Shown here: positions 14,055-46,200 of the stretch, in pieces
Layout: every line of letters begins with the position of its first letter
How positions within the stretch are numbered: the first letter of the stretch is position 1
NCBI GenBank assembly: GCA_964035545.1
Contig: OZ037769.1
Location: forward strand, 2,232,001-2,296,000
Reading direction: 5' to 3'
From: Bugula neritina
Lineage: Eukaryota; Animalia; Bryozoa
DNA: 64,000 bases
Program-made: the position numbers and the translations under genes
Notes under the pieces: generated by a model
Told to the model about the DNA's origin: nothing
What the model saw: only the letters and a program-made list of their open reading frames with translations
Database searches by the model: none

Positions 14055-17000
14055 GGTTGTATAGGAGCTAAACTTATGTTTATACATCAGTGGTTTAGAT
14101 TTTTTTCCAATACAGCAATATTCCCTGTTTCTTGTGCCATAAAAAATTTGTGTAATTTTGCTTAGCTTTTTACACACTGTGATCAATATCTACTTTCTCT
14201 CTTTGTTACAATGTAGCTGATAATGATGTATATGATTTCTTGCCCTAAGCTAATAAAATATTAACATACAGAGCTGACTAATCCATGCAAGCTGTTTAAT
14301 TTTACTTGATTTTCATAGTTTTTTCCTAACTTTTTTTTAGAAATTTGATGTGTTGCATGTGGACGTTAATGGTGTTTCTCATTAAAGTCCACACAAGCAT
14401 ATGAATTTATCCCATGATACAATATTTAGTGTAGTAGAACCTCTCACATTCTTTTTTGTTATGCATGGTTTGAATTGGCACATTAAACTAACCCATACAG
14501 CTAATTTTGATAAATTTAAAGCAAATTTTAATGTTTGGTCCTAATTTGGAGATGTGTACTAAGCAAAGTAAAATGGCCTATTCACTTTTTATTACAGCAT
14601 ATTATACTGAAAGGTAAAAAATAACATAACTTACTTCCCACGTAAGGTTCAAGCTTATCCGCTCCTTTTCCATATGTGTTTGAGTGGAATATACTGTGGA
14701 GTATTCTGGAACAGTTGGATCTGTAAAAGTTGTGATTTCAACATTTAATATCAACCTTGAAACAAAGTAAATTAGCTTAATGCAATGCAGAGTTTGAATC
14801 TGTTTCAGACATTCTGCAACTTCAGAATTGTAGGCAGAAAAAAACAAAGTAGCTTCAATTTGAAAATTTAGCACCCAATAAAGACCTGAATGTTATTTTC
14901 AATTTTCGATGATTGAATATTAGAAATGGGAAATATTTTTTATTTTTATATAGACCACTATTTGTTTTATCTATAAAAAGCCTGTATATAGACTGGATGC
15001 ATATAAAAGCAATAACTTACTGATACAAGTTGTTTCACTGTCTGTTGCTACTTCGCTGTCTTTATTACCATTAGAGTTACTCTCTCTTCTTGCTCTAATC
15101 TCACAGCTTACCAGAGTGTTTGGTGTAAACTCACAGACTTGTTTATTAGATGGTATGTTCTTCCAACCACCAGAGTTACAATTATACTGCAACAACATAA
15201 AATCTCAAAATAATGTAATGGTATTTCTACACTGCAGTTAGTCAGAAAAATTATAATATTGCTTTTTTTCAAATATAATATATAATATGTTTTAGTTTGA
15301 TTAACAGGGAAATGAATTTATAACGAGTAGAAAAAGCCATAACAATTAAAACAAGCTATGCTTAAACATTTCTTTCAATTTTTTCTTCAGCATGATTTTA
15401 AAATTTTATAGCTGCTTTATAATACTTATCTTATTTATAATCATGTATTAGTTGTCTATATCATAAAAAGTGGAATGCAACTATAATGGAAGTCGTAGGC
15501 AAATTGCCCATCGTTTTGTTACATTTAGCAAATTAAATCTTCATTGTATAATATATAACCGTGAATCAATTTTGATATTTCAGTTATATTGTGCTGGAAA
15601 TACATTTATATACATAATTTGGCTGAAGATATGTGTGGCATGATTTGTTGTCTATGCTCTCAGTCAAAACTAAAGGTTTTGACTCAACAGAAGTGACCTC
15701 AGTATCTGGTTGAACTAGAGTGTAATTGAGAAGTTTACCTGATAAACTAGCCCACTCTCTGGTCCATTAGGGTAGAGTACAGGATCATAACTCAGACTAA
15801 CACAGTATGGAGATACATCTGTTAGTTTAAAGTTTCTTGGTGCCACTTGAGGAGCTGTTGATATAACATGCATATAATTACAGAGCTGAAATTAGATTGA
15901 AAACAAGCATAAAAGCAGAGAGGAAAGTTATATGACGCTATATGCGATACTAAAATTGATGCAAATCAGTAACATGTTCAACAACTTGTTTAAAACTGCT
16001 TTATCCCAGTTTATTTATTTATGATTTTCAATATAAGCAGCCAGTAAACCTATAAACTTTGAAAGCTTCTAAATGATCATATGAATATTTTTCCTGATAT
16101 AGATTTTAAGGGCTTTCATGCACCATATTCAGAACTGCAGGCAACTAAAGGTTTAATAAAACATATCACTTTTGATAAACCTTCGGTTCTCTTTAATTAA
16201 TTAAAATTATATTCTTACGTAATCCAGTTGGGACTGTCAAAGATTTGGTAGCAGGTAAAGACAAATCTCCATCTTTGTTTCTGATTTGTACTTTAACTGT
16301 GATTGTATCTTCACTGTCTCCATATACAGTGTAACTCGCTTTATTATAATTATTAACTACTTTTGATTCTGTGGTTGAATCTATTTCTACTCTGTATGGA
16401 TTTGAAGGATGAACACAGGATGTGTAAGTTGAAGGAGCCTAAAATCAACATACTATAAGATATTCCCAATAGTATTGTTACTTGATATAGCTGAGGTTGT
16501 GTAATATAAATACCATAATCAAATACTACCTCTAGCGGTACAGCTAACTAAGGGAAGTTACAACATAGTTCAAAATATTATATCATGTTCATGCACAGAA
16601 GTGAGCATCATGATAAATACAAGCATCAACTATAATGACAACTTGCATGTTCTCTCTTCATAAGCCTATACAATCGATTTTAGGGTGAAGTATATGCATG
16701 TTATCAATTTGAGAATGGGCCATGTTAGCAGAAAATAATAATTTGGTACAAATTTTTCTGTTTTTTTATTGCAGTTTTTTGTGATTCTTAAATTTTTCAA
16801 CATCAGAGTATATATTGTAGACTTAAACAACATATTCCTTACCTTCCAAGAGACAGAGTACTGGTAACGCCATCTTCCTTTATTTTCTGTTTTACTTCCT
16901 GTACTGAATGTGATGTCATCAGGTTGAGTCACTAGCAAGTCTATAATTTAGTCAAGAAAGAAACGATAAAGAATTTGGGTTTCTCTATTTCGCACAAAGT

Positions 17001-20000
17001 TGAATTTTTAAGTCTTCATTCGTTAGCTTCTCTAAAGAATAAATCATTTTTTGATTCAATACCATATTTCATCAAATTTTGTAAAATTTCAAGATTGCTA
17101 ATTTTACATTATAGTTAGCACTAAATTATTCTACCAGTTTAGAAAACATACAATAAATAATATTTAGGTTATTATAGGCTATAAAATAGGCTAACAAATA
17201 TACAGTCGCTATCATAGAATGAAAGGCAATTCAATGTTTAAAATATTCATTTACGGGTCATTCTATGCCAATTCGAAAAAGGACAAACTAACCCGCCTCA
17301 AAACTTCTTGAGAATCTAATATAAAGCCTTCCAAAACATGTCATTTAAAAAAATCTCAAATGTTAGCACTCAATTCTTAATCTTCGTTAATTATGGCACT
17401 TTTTGTGAGCAAAGGTTGGTCAAAAATCAGTACTTTTTTATGGATTTTGATACTGAAGATCAACTGCATGGATTTGTATCTCGGAGACAGTTCAAGAAAA
17501 ACCTTCCATATTCTTATTCTGCCATAAGTGTTGTCAAAAATGCTTGAGCATTTTTGACAACACTTATGGCAGAATAAGAATCTGCACATTCTGTTTTTGT
17601 AACTTTTTAGAATCATTGATTAAACAGCATTCCAAATGCACCTAAATCTCTGTAAGAGCATGTTGCATCAGTTTGGCTTATATAAAAAACTAGAAAATCG
17701 AATAAAAAAGAGTTACCTGAACACTTCATGTTCTCATGTACTTCAGTTTGAGTGACATCATCAACTCTGACACTACACTGTAGACCTTCAGCTGGTGTCA
17801 GGCCACAAATAGTGCCATAAGTATTACTTCCTGATGATTTCCATGTAGAAACTCCACATGAATACTGAAATAATTTAATAGGTGTACTGATATTGCTTAC
17901 ATCAATAGATGCTATATATAATAAATTGGTTTGTATAACTTGAGAGAGCAGAATGCATGAGATAATTAGTTAAAGGTTTTTAGCTGCAGAAATGTTCATA
18001 TAGTTATGCAAACTTAAATTAGCTAAACAACCATTTATATAACTATCAAAAATAGCATTAAAGTTATTTTAGCTGTTTATACAATCTAAGAGCTTGGTAA
18101 GTGGCAGAGTTTAATGAAAATTATTTTGACCTTTTAATCAAAAAAGCATATGCTTCCTCAACCTGTATATAATGCACCTCAATTACCAACACAACAACAT
18201 AATATACTCATACCTGATAGTTAGTTTCTAAACCTGTATATGGATTATCCCAGTCTAGTCTCACACAATCAGATGATGTCTGACTCAGTTTCAGGTTTCT
18301 TGGTGTAAAATCAGCTGGAGCTGTAAACAGTTGAAATTTGCAATAAAAATTAAATTAAATTTTATTCTTTAAATTAGCAATTTGCAGTAATGCACTTTAT
18401 GTCCTTATAAAATAATTTGAATTGTTAATCATAAGTTTTTCACCATGCAAATAAACTATACGATTATTTTAAACTGCTTTTATCTATTAAGCACATATAG
18501 TTATATATTTCATTGAGTTATATAGTACCAGCATATTGTTATAATAATATCTTCTATTTTGTATACAGGCATATAAGCAACTCCAAATATTTATTAACTG
18601 TCTACATTTTTACCTTTCTCGCTCATCTTCTGTCATTATTTTTACATTATTTATACAGTATATATAAAATAAAATTTTGCAGCCGGGATATAACTCAGTA
18701 GCAATCTGTGGTGTTTAATGCATTCTGATGGGTGAGTAAATAATAATCAAAGATTTGGTATGAATTTTGTTGCTTCAAACCATGAATTATCCATACTTAA
18801 TTGAAAATATTTTGCCAATGCATATAGAAGCTTCTAAAATTTTACTATTGTATACCATAGTGGCTTACATATTATGTAGATGCATCGCATGGAAGCATTT
18901 TCAATCCTTATTTCATTCAATAAAGTTTGCTTATATTTATCACGTAAAATGCTAAATATGAATATATATCAGTACATTATTCAACTCACCATATCCAATC
19001 ACCTCAACTTCTGAGAGAGTTAATCCACCAGAGGATTCTCTCACCACAGCAACATACAGAGAGAATGAAGCTGGTCTGATGTTAGCATTGAATTCAGCTA
19101 ATCCAGCTTTTTCATAATGAACACTGTTCCAGGAACTCTTGTGATTGACTGGATTTGTGTTGCCAGTGTCAGGTTTAGTTAGTATGTTTATTCTCTGCAT
19201 TCTAACAAACACACTACCTGAAAATTATATAAGACATAAAATTGGCATATGACATGCTTTGCTTGGTTGATACTTCATTTATTGATAACAAAAAATATTT
19301 GACAACACTGCTAAACAACTATTAGATATAGTATTTAAATAAGTGACTATATAATGCAATGATGTGGGTGTTGAAATTTAAAAAATGTTTATTTCATGGC
19401 AGATTTTCACAGTTTTACATCGTGTCGTAGATCAAACAAATAATGTAGTCATAAATCTATACTCTTTAATTGTTTTAATTGCTGCAAAAATAAGCCTATA
19501 CAATAAATTCTCTCTTTGTGCATGTAAATTGGTATTGAAAAAACTGCACTATATGAGCAGTTCTTTGCTCAAAACAAGTTTTTTTTATATACATTCTCAG
19601 TATTGAAATCAATCTCAACCTTGCAAAATATTATATTATTATGTTTTACAGTTTTATAATAATAATATGTCATATGGTATAGCCTACGTAATAATGCATT
19701 ACAATGTTGATTTATTTAATTGGTACAACTACTATAAGAATATAAATTGATAAAACCACTGTGGAATCTAGAAACTAACTATAACTCACTCTTTAGCAAG
19801 AACTACACAAATATGTATATAGATGTATAGATGCTGACTATTTCCTTATGACAATAGGAAGGAAACATGATTCACATAGATCTACTAATTATAGCTCATA
19901 TATGTATAGTGAGATGCACACTTTAGTTGACATTATAACATGCAGTAAAGCAGTTGGATATGGAAAGCATTATAAAGCAACATATTTTTGTTGCAAATGC

Positions 20001-21067
20001 ATTTTGTTTGGTGAATTATTCAAGCATTGTATGAAATAAAATATAGCATTTTGTATTTTTCAAGGTGTTTTACAGAGACAGCAAGTGATGATAAAAACCC
20101 AACACGTGAAAATTTACTAACAATTATACTCACCAGTAAAAACATTGACCTCTGTAACAAAGTAATTGTCTACCAGATCTATTCTTATCCACATGTTCTC
20201 ATCAGTTGAAGTAGAAATGTAGCATGCAGTACATTCTACCTGAGAGTTGGTTGTGTCTGATGGATCAAAACCCCATGAAGTTATTTTACCATCTCTGTCT
20301 CCATCCACTATTACACTGATGTCATCACTACCTCTGTTACTTGGTGCAGATCCTCTGTCCACTGTTTTGTCTAAAGCAACATTTTTAATTGCTGTCAAAA
20401 GATGCAAAACCTCTCACTTTTTTAACAAATATATTTGATGTCATGGGGTATAGATATCTTATGCTATTATTTACTTTACAATTCATTTTATCTACACTTG
20501 AATATATACTCTTGTATATACTCTTGCATGGCTATTTTTTCAACAAATTACATCAACTGCTATATATATGTCATTTTAACTAAAATATACGATTGGATGG
20601 TTTATAATTTAGATTTCTAAGTGACAGAAGTTAAATGACAAATGATAAAAACGTATGCTTATACAACTTCCTTATAAAAACAGGCTACAATAAGCACTTT
20701 TGCAAAACAATTACCATGTGCACAAAGTATATTATGGGATGATTATGTTATAAATTTATATTCAAACATATGTTTTTAGACAGAAGTAAACTGGTTAACT
20801 TGAGGGAGAGTGCAAATCTTGGCTTAGAAAATCTTTACAGCTGAAATATACTTGATGGATGCCATATTTATAAATAATATTTCTAATAAAAAAATCAACT
20901 GTTCCTTATAAGTACACCCAGAGAATATCATCTAAACCAGCAACCATAATAAATATATATATAAGTATAATATATGATTTTAGCTTACCTCCAGCTGTAT
21001 TCCTAACCAAGTAGAGTAATAGAAATGCTGCTAGAATAATACTGTTATAACATTTCAGAGATCTCAT
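9750..21067 (-). CDS. Gene 3: phosphatase-less paralog (signal peptide, F-type-lectin-like, 5 FN3-like, membrane-proximal domain, sushi/CCP, TM, four-tyrosine tail); about 990 aa
   Basis: 18 phase-consistent exons: 20989-21067 (MRSLKCYNSIILAAFLLLYLVRNTAG), 20134-20391, 18990-19217, 18214-18320, 17717-17864, 16843-16940, 16219-16438, 15739-15854, 15021-15186, 14635-14720, 13569-13788, 13371-13474, 12884-13064, 12582-12675, 11962-12214 (KRKKR), 11258-11309, 10548-10751 (CSAPP..YSCEEG..C..W..ELPEC), 9750-10108 (TM + YAEV, YESM, YEKV, YQNM). Lengths sum to 2973 nt. Confidence 0.9.
17511..17580. repeat. Perfect 34-bp inverted repeat with a 2-nt spacer
   Basis: TTCTTATTCTGCCATAAGTGTTGTCAAAAATGCT-tg-AGCATTTTTGACAACACTTATGGCAGAATAAGAA. 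Confidence 0.95.
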
Positions 21068-22695
21068 GATGAAATTGCGTACTCTTCTCAGAGTAAGTAA
21101 TAGTAAGTATGCTGATAAAGCATGCAAGTAGAGTCAACTATATATATAGCAGTTTATTCTTTCTGGAATTTTGTTGATTTCTGTTATAAAAGGGGTCGAT
21201 TTAACTTGAAGAAACTTATTTGATAAACAGATTCTACTAACTTCCTTCTTGATGCGTCACACACTTAGCTATGTTTATTCAGTTTAATTTGTTCAGTGAA
21301 TGTATATGCCTGTGCTAGTGTTCAGTGCAAACACAGTGTATAACAAAGGAACATAGAAAAGGTGAAAGCTAAGTGAATGCTAAAGCAAACATTCTTTGAA
21401 ATAAAAAGAGAGCTATTCTATTGAGGTTCATAAGTTAGCTAATTACATTCAAAAGAGTTTTTCTAAAATATAATGGAGCTATCTTTGCCTTATAACTATG
21501 TAGTAGAGTCGATAATAAAGAAGTATAGAAAGATGAAAAGAAGAAGTTTGATGTTATGTATGGCAGTGCGCGACAATAAAGTTTAACTTCTGCCTTGCTA
21601 TTCAAACATATGAAAAATACTACACTGTATAGTATTTTGAGCTATAGAGATACTCTACAATACAATATCAATTTGAAATGAGTAATTAAATCAGCATCAC
21701 CATCTAAAGTTATTCTTTTGCAAAGTACATCCACGGTCAGTGCTAAAGATTTGAATTAGCAGCGTCAAAAAACATTTCATATAAATAGGTTTGATGTTCA
21801 ACATACGCAAACTGGAAAAGTGAACATTTAATTTTGTAGAGATATGTCTATAACATACCCGAAACCTACAGTTATAAACGTTACTTTGTTAGCAAGTTAA
21901 CAACAGGGTTTCATATTTGAGAGAGAGCACAATTCCCAATCAACGCACTACAAACATTATGTTACAAGCATATACACATGCTACTAAACAGATATACCTT
22001 TTCAGAATTTGTACATGACCTATCCTCTTATTTTTGTTATAAATACCGCAACAAAAAATTACTGCAAAGCACAAGTTTACAGCTCTTTTTAGTTACCTTA
22101 TTTTTGAGCAAAGAATACTGTTAATATGTTAATATTATATTATTTATGTAAATAGACATATAAAAATTGAGCAAACAGAAAAAAATTATGGAAAAGTTAG
22201 ATTTATGTTATATGAATGAAGATGTTATGTAAAATGTGTTTAGGCACACTAAAAAATTTAATGCATTCAAATTTGTGTAAGCTATGTTTTAGTGCATATA
22301 ATTATAGATTAAGGTAAATGTAATAATTTTTTAATACTTATAAACCATGACATTCGTGAGTTAGTTTTAAACTAGTACTATAAGTTAAAGTAAATATAAT
22401 AAAATATATTATATACTCCAATGCCATGAGTTTAACATTGGTCTTGCATATTCTGATAAAGATTAGTATCAGGTGAAAGATTGTGTACAGTACGAACTAT
22501 TTTCTCATAGTTATGATCCTCAGTTACTGTATTCATACTCTCATATGTTGGTGCTGGATTCTTGTCACCAGAAACCTCTGCATATTCTGCTACATCTGTA
22601 CTTGCTCGTTGTATGCAGCTCAGATCAACCTCTTCAAGGTTATCTCTTCTCTGAGGTTTGGGCTGCGTTTCTCTCTTGGATGTTAGACTTCTAAG

Positions 22696-41477
<18,782 letters not shown>

Positions 41478-41479
41478 GA

Positions 41480-42300
41480 TGAAGTCATGTACTCTTCTTA
41501 GAGTAAGTATAATAGTAAGTATATTGATGTACCATGTGTACAGTCAACTAGTAGTTTATTCTTTCTGTTATGTTGTTGATTCCAGTTATCAAGAGTGTGT
41601 ATTTGACTTGAAGAAACAGAGTTGATTAGCAACTTCCTTCTTGATGTGTCACACATTTAGTTATGTTTATTCAGTTTAATTTGCTCAGTGAATGTATAGG
41701 ACCGTGCTAGTGTTCAGTGCAAACACAGTGTATCACAAAGGAACATAGAACAGGTGAAAGCTAAGTGAATGCTAAGGCGAACATTCTTTGAAACAAAAAG
41801 AGAGCTATTCTATTCAGGTTCTATAAGTTAGCTAACTACATTCAAAAGAGTTTTTCTAAAATATAATCAAGCTATCTTTGCCTTATAATTATGTAGTAGA
41901 GTCTATAATAATGGGGTATATATAGAAAGATGGAAAGAGGAAGTTTGACATTATATATAGCATTGTGTGAGAATGAAGCTCAACTTCTGCCTTGCTATTC
42001 AAACATACTATGAATAAACTCTACTACACTGTATAATATCTTGAGCTATGGAGATACTCTACAATTTACAATATTATTATTTTAAAATAAATAAATAAAT
42101 AAAAATTCACATCAAGGATTATTATTAAGCAAAGTGCAACACTGACATAAAAAGACAGTCTCAGAAATTTGATTTAGCACTACGAAAGATATTTTATATA
42201 AAAAGTGTGGTGTACATTCATCATAAGCAAACTGGAAAAGTGCATGACCATGTAAATTAAGATATGCCAATAACATGTCTGAAACCTAAACTATAAATGT
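41480..42300 (-). promoter_or_regulatory. Conserved 5' flank (putative promoter/5'UTR) shared by genes 2, 3 and 4
   Basis: Collinear with 21070-21880 and 8390-9200 (e.g. GTGCTAGTGTTCAGTGCAAAC, GCTAAGTGAATGCTA, CTTCTGCCTTGCTATTCAAACATA). No individual element established. Confidence 0.45.
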
Positions 42301-43261
42301 TATTATGCATGAAGTTCACAAGTTAGCTAATGAAGCTATATTTGCATTGTAATTGAGCAAAGAAATATTCAATAATGAAGTACAGAATGATGGAAAGAGG
42401 AATTCTGAATTCTCAAGTAAACACTGTTTGTAAAAATAAGTTTATTTATTGATTATTATACAGAGTATGTTATGCAATATAGCATTAAACAGTAATTTCA
42501 GTATTACAAAAGCATTAGTTATTCAACTGTAATAATTCTATAGTTTATTCTCTTTGAAAGCCTGAATAGAAATAATATTATAAAGCAACATTTTTTACAT
42601 AAAAAGAATTACTCTTATATGTGGTTCGTAAGCTATCTTATACAAAAGCAAGTTTTGAAATAAAGACAAGAAAAATATTACCAATAAAACAAAAGACATA
42701 TAAACTGCATATTCTTTCTTATACAAAAAGATAATTCATCAGCAAAGAGTTAGTATTAATTTATTCAATGCATTTTTAAGGCGAAAAAGTTGAAATTTTT
42801 GTTTAGTGAAACTGCTCTTTTTGTAACTTATAAGTAGCAGAAGTTTACATAGTATATATGATTACAATTGTAATATAGTAATTATATGGTATATATGTAA
42901 GCAGAGTTTTCATTGAATTTTGTGATCATTTTTTAAATTATATATTATAGTAGTGTTAATATGATAAATTATAGTATATATAATAAAATATCATATAACA
43001 GACGCTGCTTCTTTGAGCTTTACCTTCAAATCAAGTTCACACTTCTTTGTCTATCTTAGTCACACTCTGGTCTAAGAGTTTATACAGCTCCACATAACTA
43101 ATTTCCTGTAACACAAAAATACTGCATACATTTTAGCTTGAAATTTTTTTACACAACCCATTGTTTTACAATAAAATAGTCACTATAACATAACACAATA
43201 AAACTATTATTAAAATTTATCAAATACTTGCTTAACTAATAGTGGTAGCATGTCAACACTC

Positions 43262-46200
43262 CTATTCTATGTTTTCTTTCACTTCTCTTCCATCTACATC
43301 TAAAACTTTCTCTGTGACAAGTTCTTCAATTTGCTAAAGCAATAAAAAGTAATTTAAAATCAGTCCCATGCAGTTTATTTTAAATACATTACATTATTTA
43401 TACAATGTAAAGTAATAAGAGATAAAACTCTTACCTGAAACTCTTCCACAACCTCCCCACCCATACTAAGATACTCTGTGTTGTCTGATGGGGTTAGATT
43501 TTCCACTTTTCTGTCTAGCTCAATAGGAGTGCAGATGTCTATGGAACTTGTCAGAACTTCATTTACCACATGATGAAGAAATATATATTTCTCCTAAAAC
43601 ACCCATTCTATCTGTGCATCATTGTAGCAATACCAACATATCAGATAATTACTAATAACAATATACTTACTAGGTGATAACTCTTTTGTAAATTTTAACT
43701 TTTCTCGGTGCACAATCCTATTTTTCTATTTTCTGTTATTTTTATTTTTCAATTGAGTTTATTTACTGAGACTGAGAATTACATTTATTACACAGTACTA
43801 CTTTTATGTAGATACTTCAAATTTACCTCTGTCTGAATTATGTGTGGCCGACATTCTTTCATCAATGTTACACATTTGAAGAAATCAATGTGTTGATGAG
43901 AGTGTGCTTGATCTAGTAGATTACTCATGGCTATAAATATGCCTGTTCTCCCAACACCTGTGCTGTAATACAGGCACATGTGTTACATATGATAACAGCT
44001 TGCATAAATACAAAATCAGAGACATATATGAGTAAAACCAAGATTTTCTTTTCTAAGATTTACCTGCAATGAACAAGAAGGGGTCCATCTATTCTGTAAG
44101 TCTCAGTCTTGACCTTCTTGTAGAAGGAGATGAAAGGACTCATAGTGTCTGGTACGCCGTGATCTGGCCAGGCCGTGTAGTGGTACTGTTTCACTTGTCT
44201 TTTTTCACCATTCTAAATTAATGTTTGAATTTAAAATTAAACATATATTATATACTGTTAATTCTTATTTTTAAATTGCAATTACAAGTAGGATTTCATG
44301 GTACAGCCTGCTAATGATTTGTTTTTAAGGAACATTTTAGCTAATTTAAATGAATAGTTGCAAACGAAAGTTTTTTCTTTTACCTGCTTAATTTATTTAA
44401 CTATAAAACTTCGATTTCAAAATATATTAGTATGTGGACTATACTCAATTGTTGAATGGTAATAAAATAAGATTGCCTTCATTTGTAAGTTTCTTTGCAA
44501 GCAACGTTTGCCAGCTGTTTATATATAAAGTAAAACATTTTAAAAGTCATTTACAGTATTTAAACTGCATTAACAAATAACAAATTTTGAAATATCAATT
44601 GTCACAGTTTACCTTTGTTACTTCAAACACTCTAACCACGTAGTCAGTCCACTCTTCATAGGATACGTAGCATACTGTGATGTCATCATAACTAGACTCT
44701 GCTGTGAGGTTCTGTGGCCAATACCGCTCACATTTCACCTGTAAGTTGATTATATAATAAGCTAATTTTAAATCTTCTTTTGCCAATAAAATTTATAATA
44801 CTTTGCATTTATTTCATAGATGATCTTTTATAATGATAGAATTATTAAAAGAAATTATACATTATATGTATGAGATGTTGTCAAAAGTCGCATCCCTTTG
44901 CATCCAACCCACTCTATGTAATTTATATAGTCACTATCAGTACAAAAAGAACCCTTAGCTAAAGGCTTTTTATAGTTGGCTTGAAGCAATCATGACTGGA
45001 TGCTCTTTCTAACATTACCGTCTTTTGTTTGACTAGGCCAGTGCTGTAACCACTACACTGCTGCTACTTCCTTGTATATAGAACTCTAACTTTATAGATG
45101 ACTAAAATAATGACATTCACCTTTCCTCTTTCAATGATATTTGTTATCATGACAATAGCCTCTACTCCCTGCTGCCAAATCATCAGCCAAAAGTCATCTA
45201 CAGTATTCTCCATTGGCCCTGTAATATAATTATATGTTTAGAACAAAACTGTAACTTTTCACTCTTCAACAGTTCTTTTTTTTTTGCTGTTTGATTTAAA
45301 TGTCTAATTATTTTTACTAACAAAGTTTAAGAAGCTACTCTAAATATAAACAACTTTAACACAATGCATTATCTATGATAAACCTACCTTGTGTTGCAAT
45401 AAAGAGGCTTGTTGTTTTGAGAAAGAATTTCTAAAATAGAAAATAATGTTTAGACATATTATTTTGATAACTTGTTATTTTAATCACTGATAATGTTTTT
45501 AAACGTCTATAAGGTCAATTTTAATTTGCTAACAGGTTCATAGGGATGAGATGAAACAAGGAATGTCTGTGATGGTGCATCTAGCTATATAAATACAATA
45601 TAGCTATAAATACAATATAGCTATAAATATATTATAGCTATAGTTATATTATAGCTATATATAAATGTATTATAGCTATAAACATGTGTAGCTAAGTGAA
45701 AATTATTAAAATGAGTTTTGACTAGCAAAACAACACTCATTTAAATTATAGACAGAAAGCCCTCTGTTTTATTATATAATTTTGAATTTTATTAAAATTT
45801 GGTCAAATATTAAAACCGATCACTTCAGTATATCTCTCTCACTTCGATATTATGATTCATACTTTGTTCAATATCACATTTACTTCAATATTATATTTCA
45901 ATATCATACTTACTTCAATGTATGTAGCATTAATGTAGTCAGATTGCTCAGAAGTTGGTCTTTGAAGTTTCACTCTTGTCTCATCAGCTGAAAGTAATTA
46001 TTCAAATAAATATATGTTATGATTTTTCATTATTATAAAAAATATTATAATTATTATCCTGAATGGGTTTTAATTAGCCTTTTAAAATTATGCATGTCAT
46101 ATATATTAGCCATTCAATTGGTAACTTGTATCAATTTAATTATTCAAGAAAATACTGAAGTGAAACAACACAAACCACTGAAAACTACTGCCCTTACCTG

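Noticed and set aside
17831-17837. Other CTGATGA motifs (also ~34319 and ~37879)
   Set aside because: No stem II/GAAA/stem I pairing; not hammerheads.
20906-21127. N-terminal extension MHALSAYLLL.. of gene 3
   Set aside because: It starts at TTG; the ATG at 21067 is conserved in genes 2 and 4 and gives a normal signal peptide.
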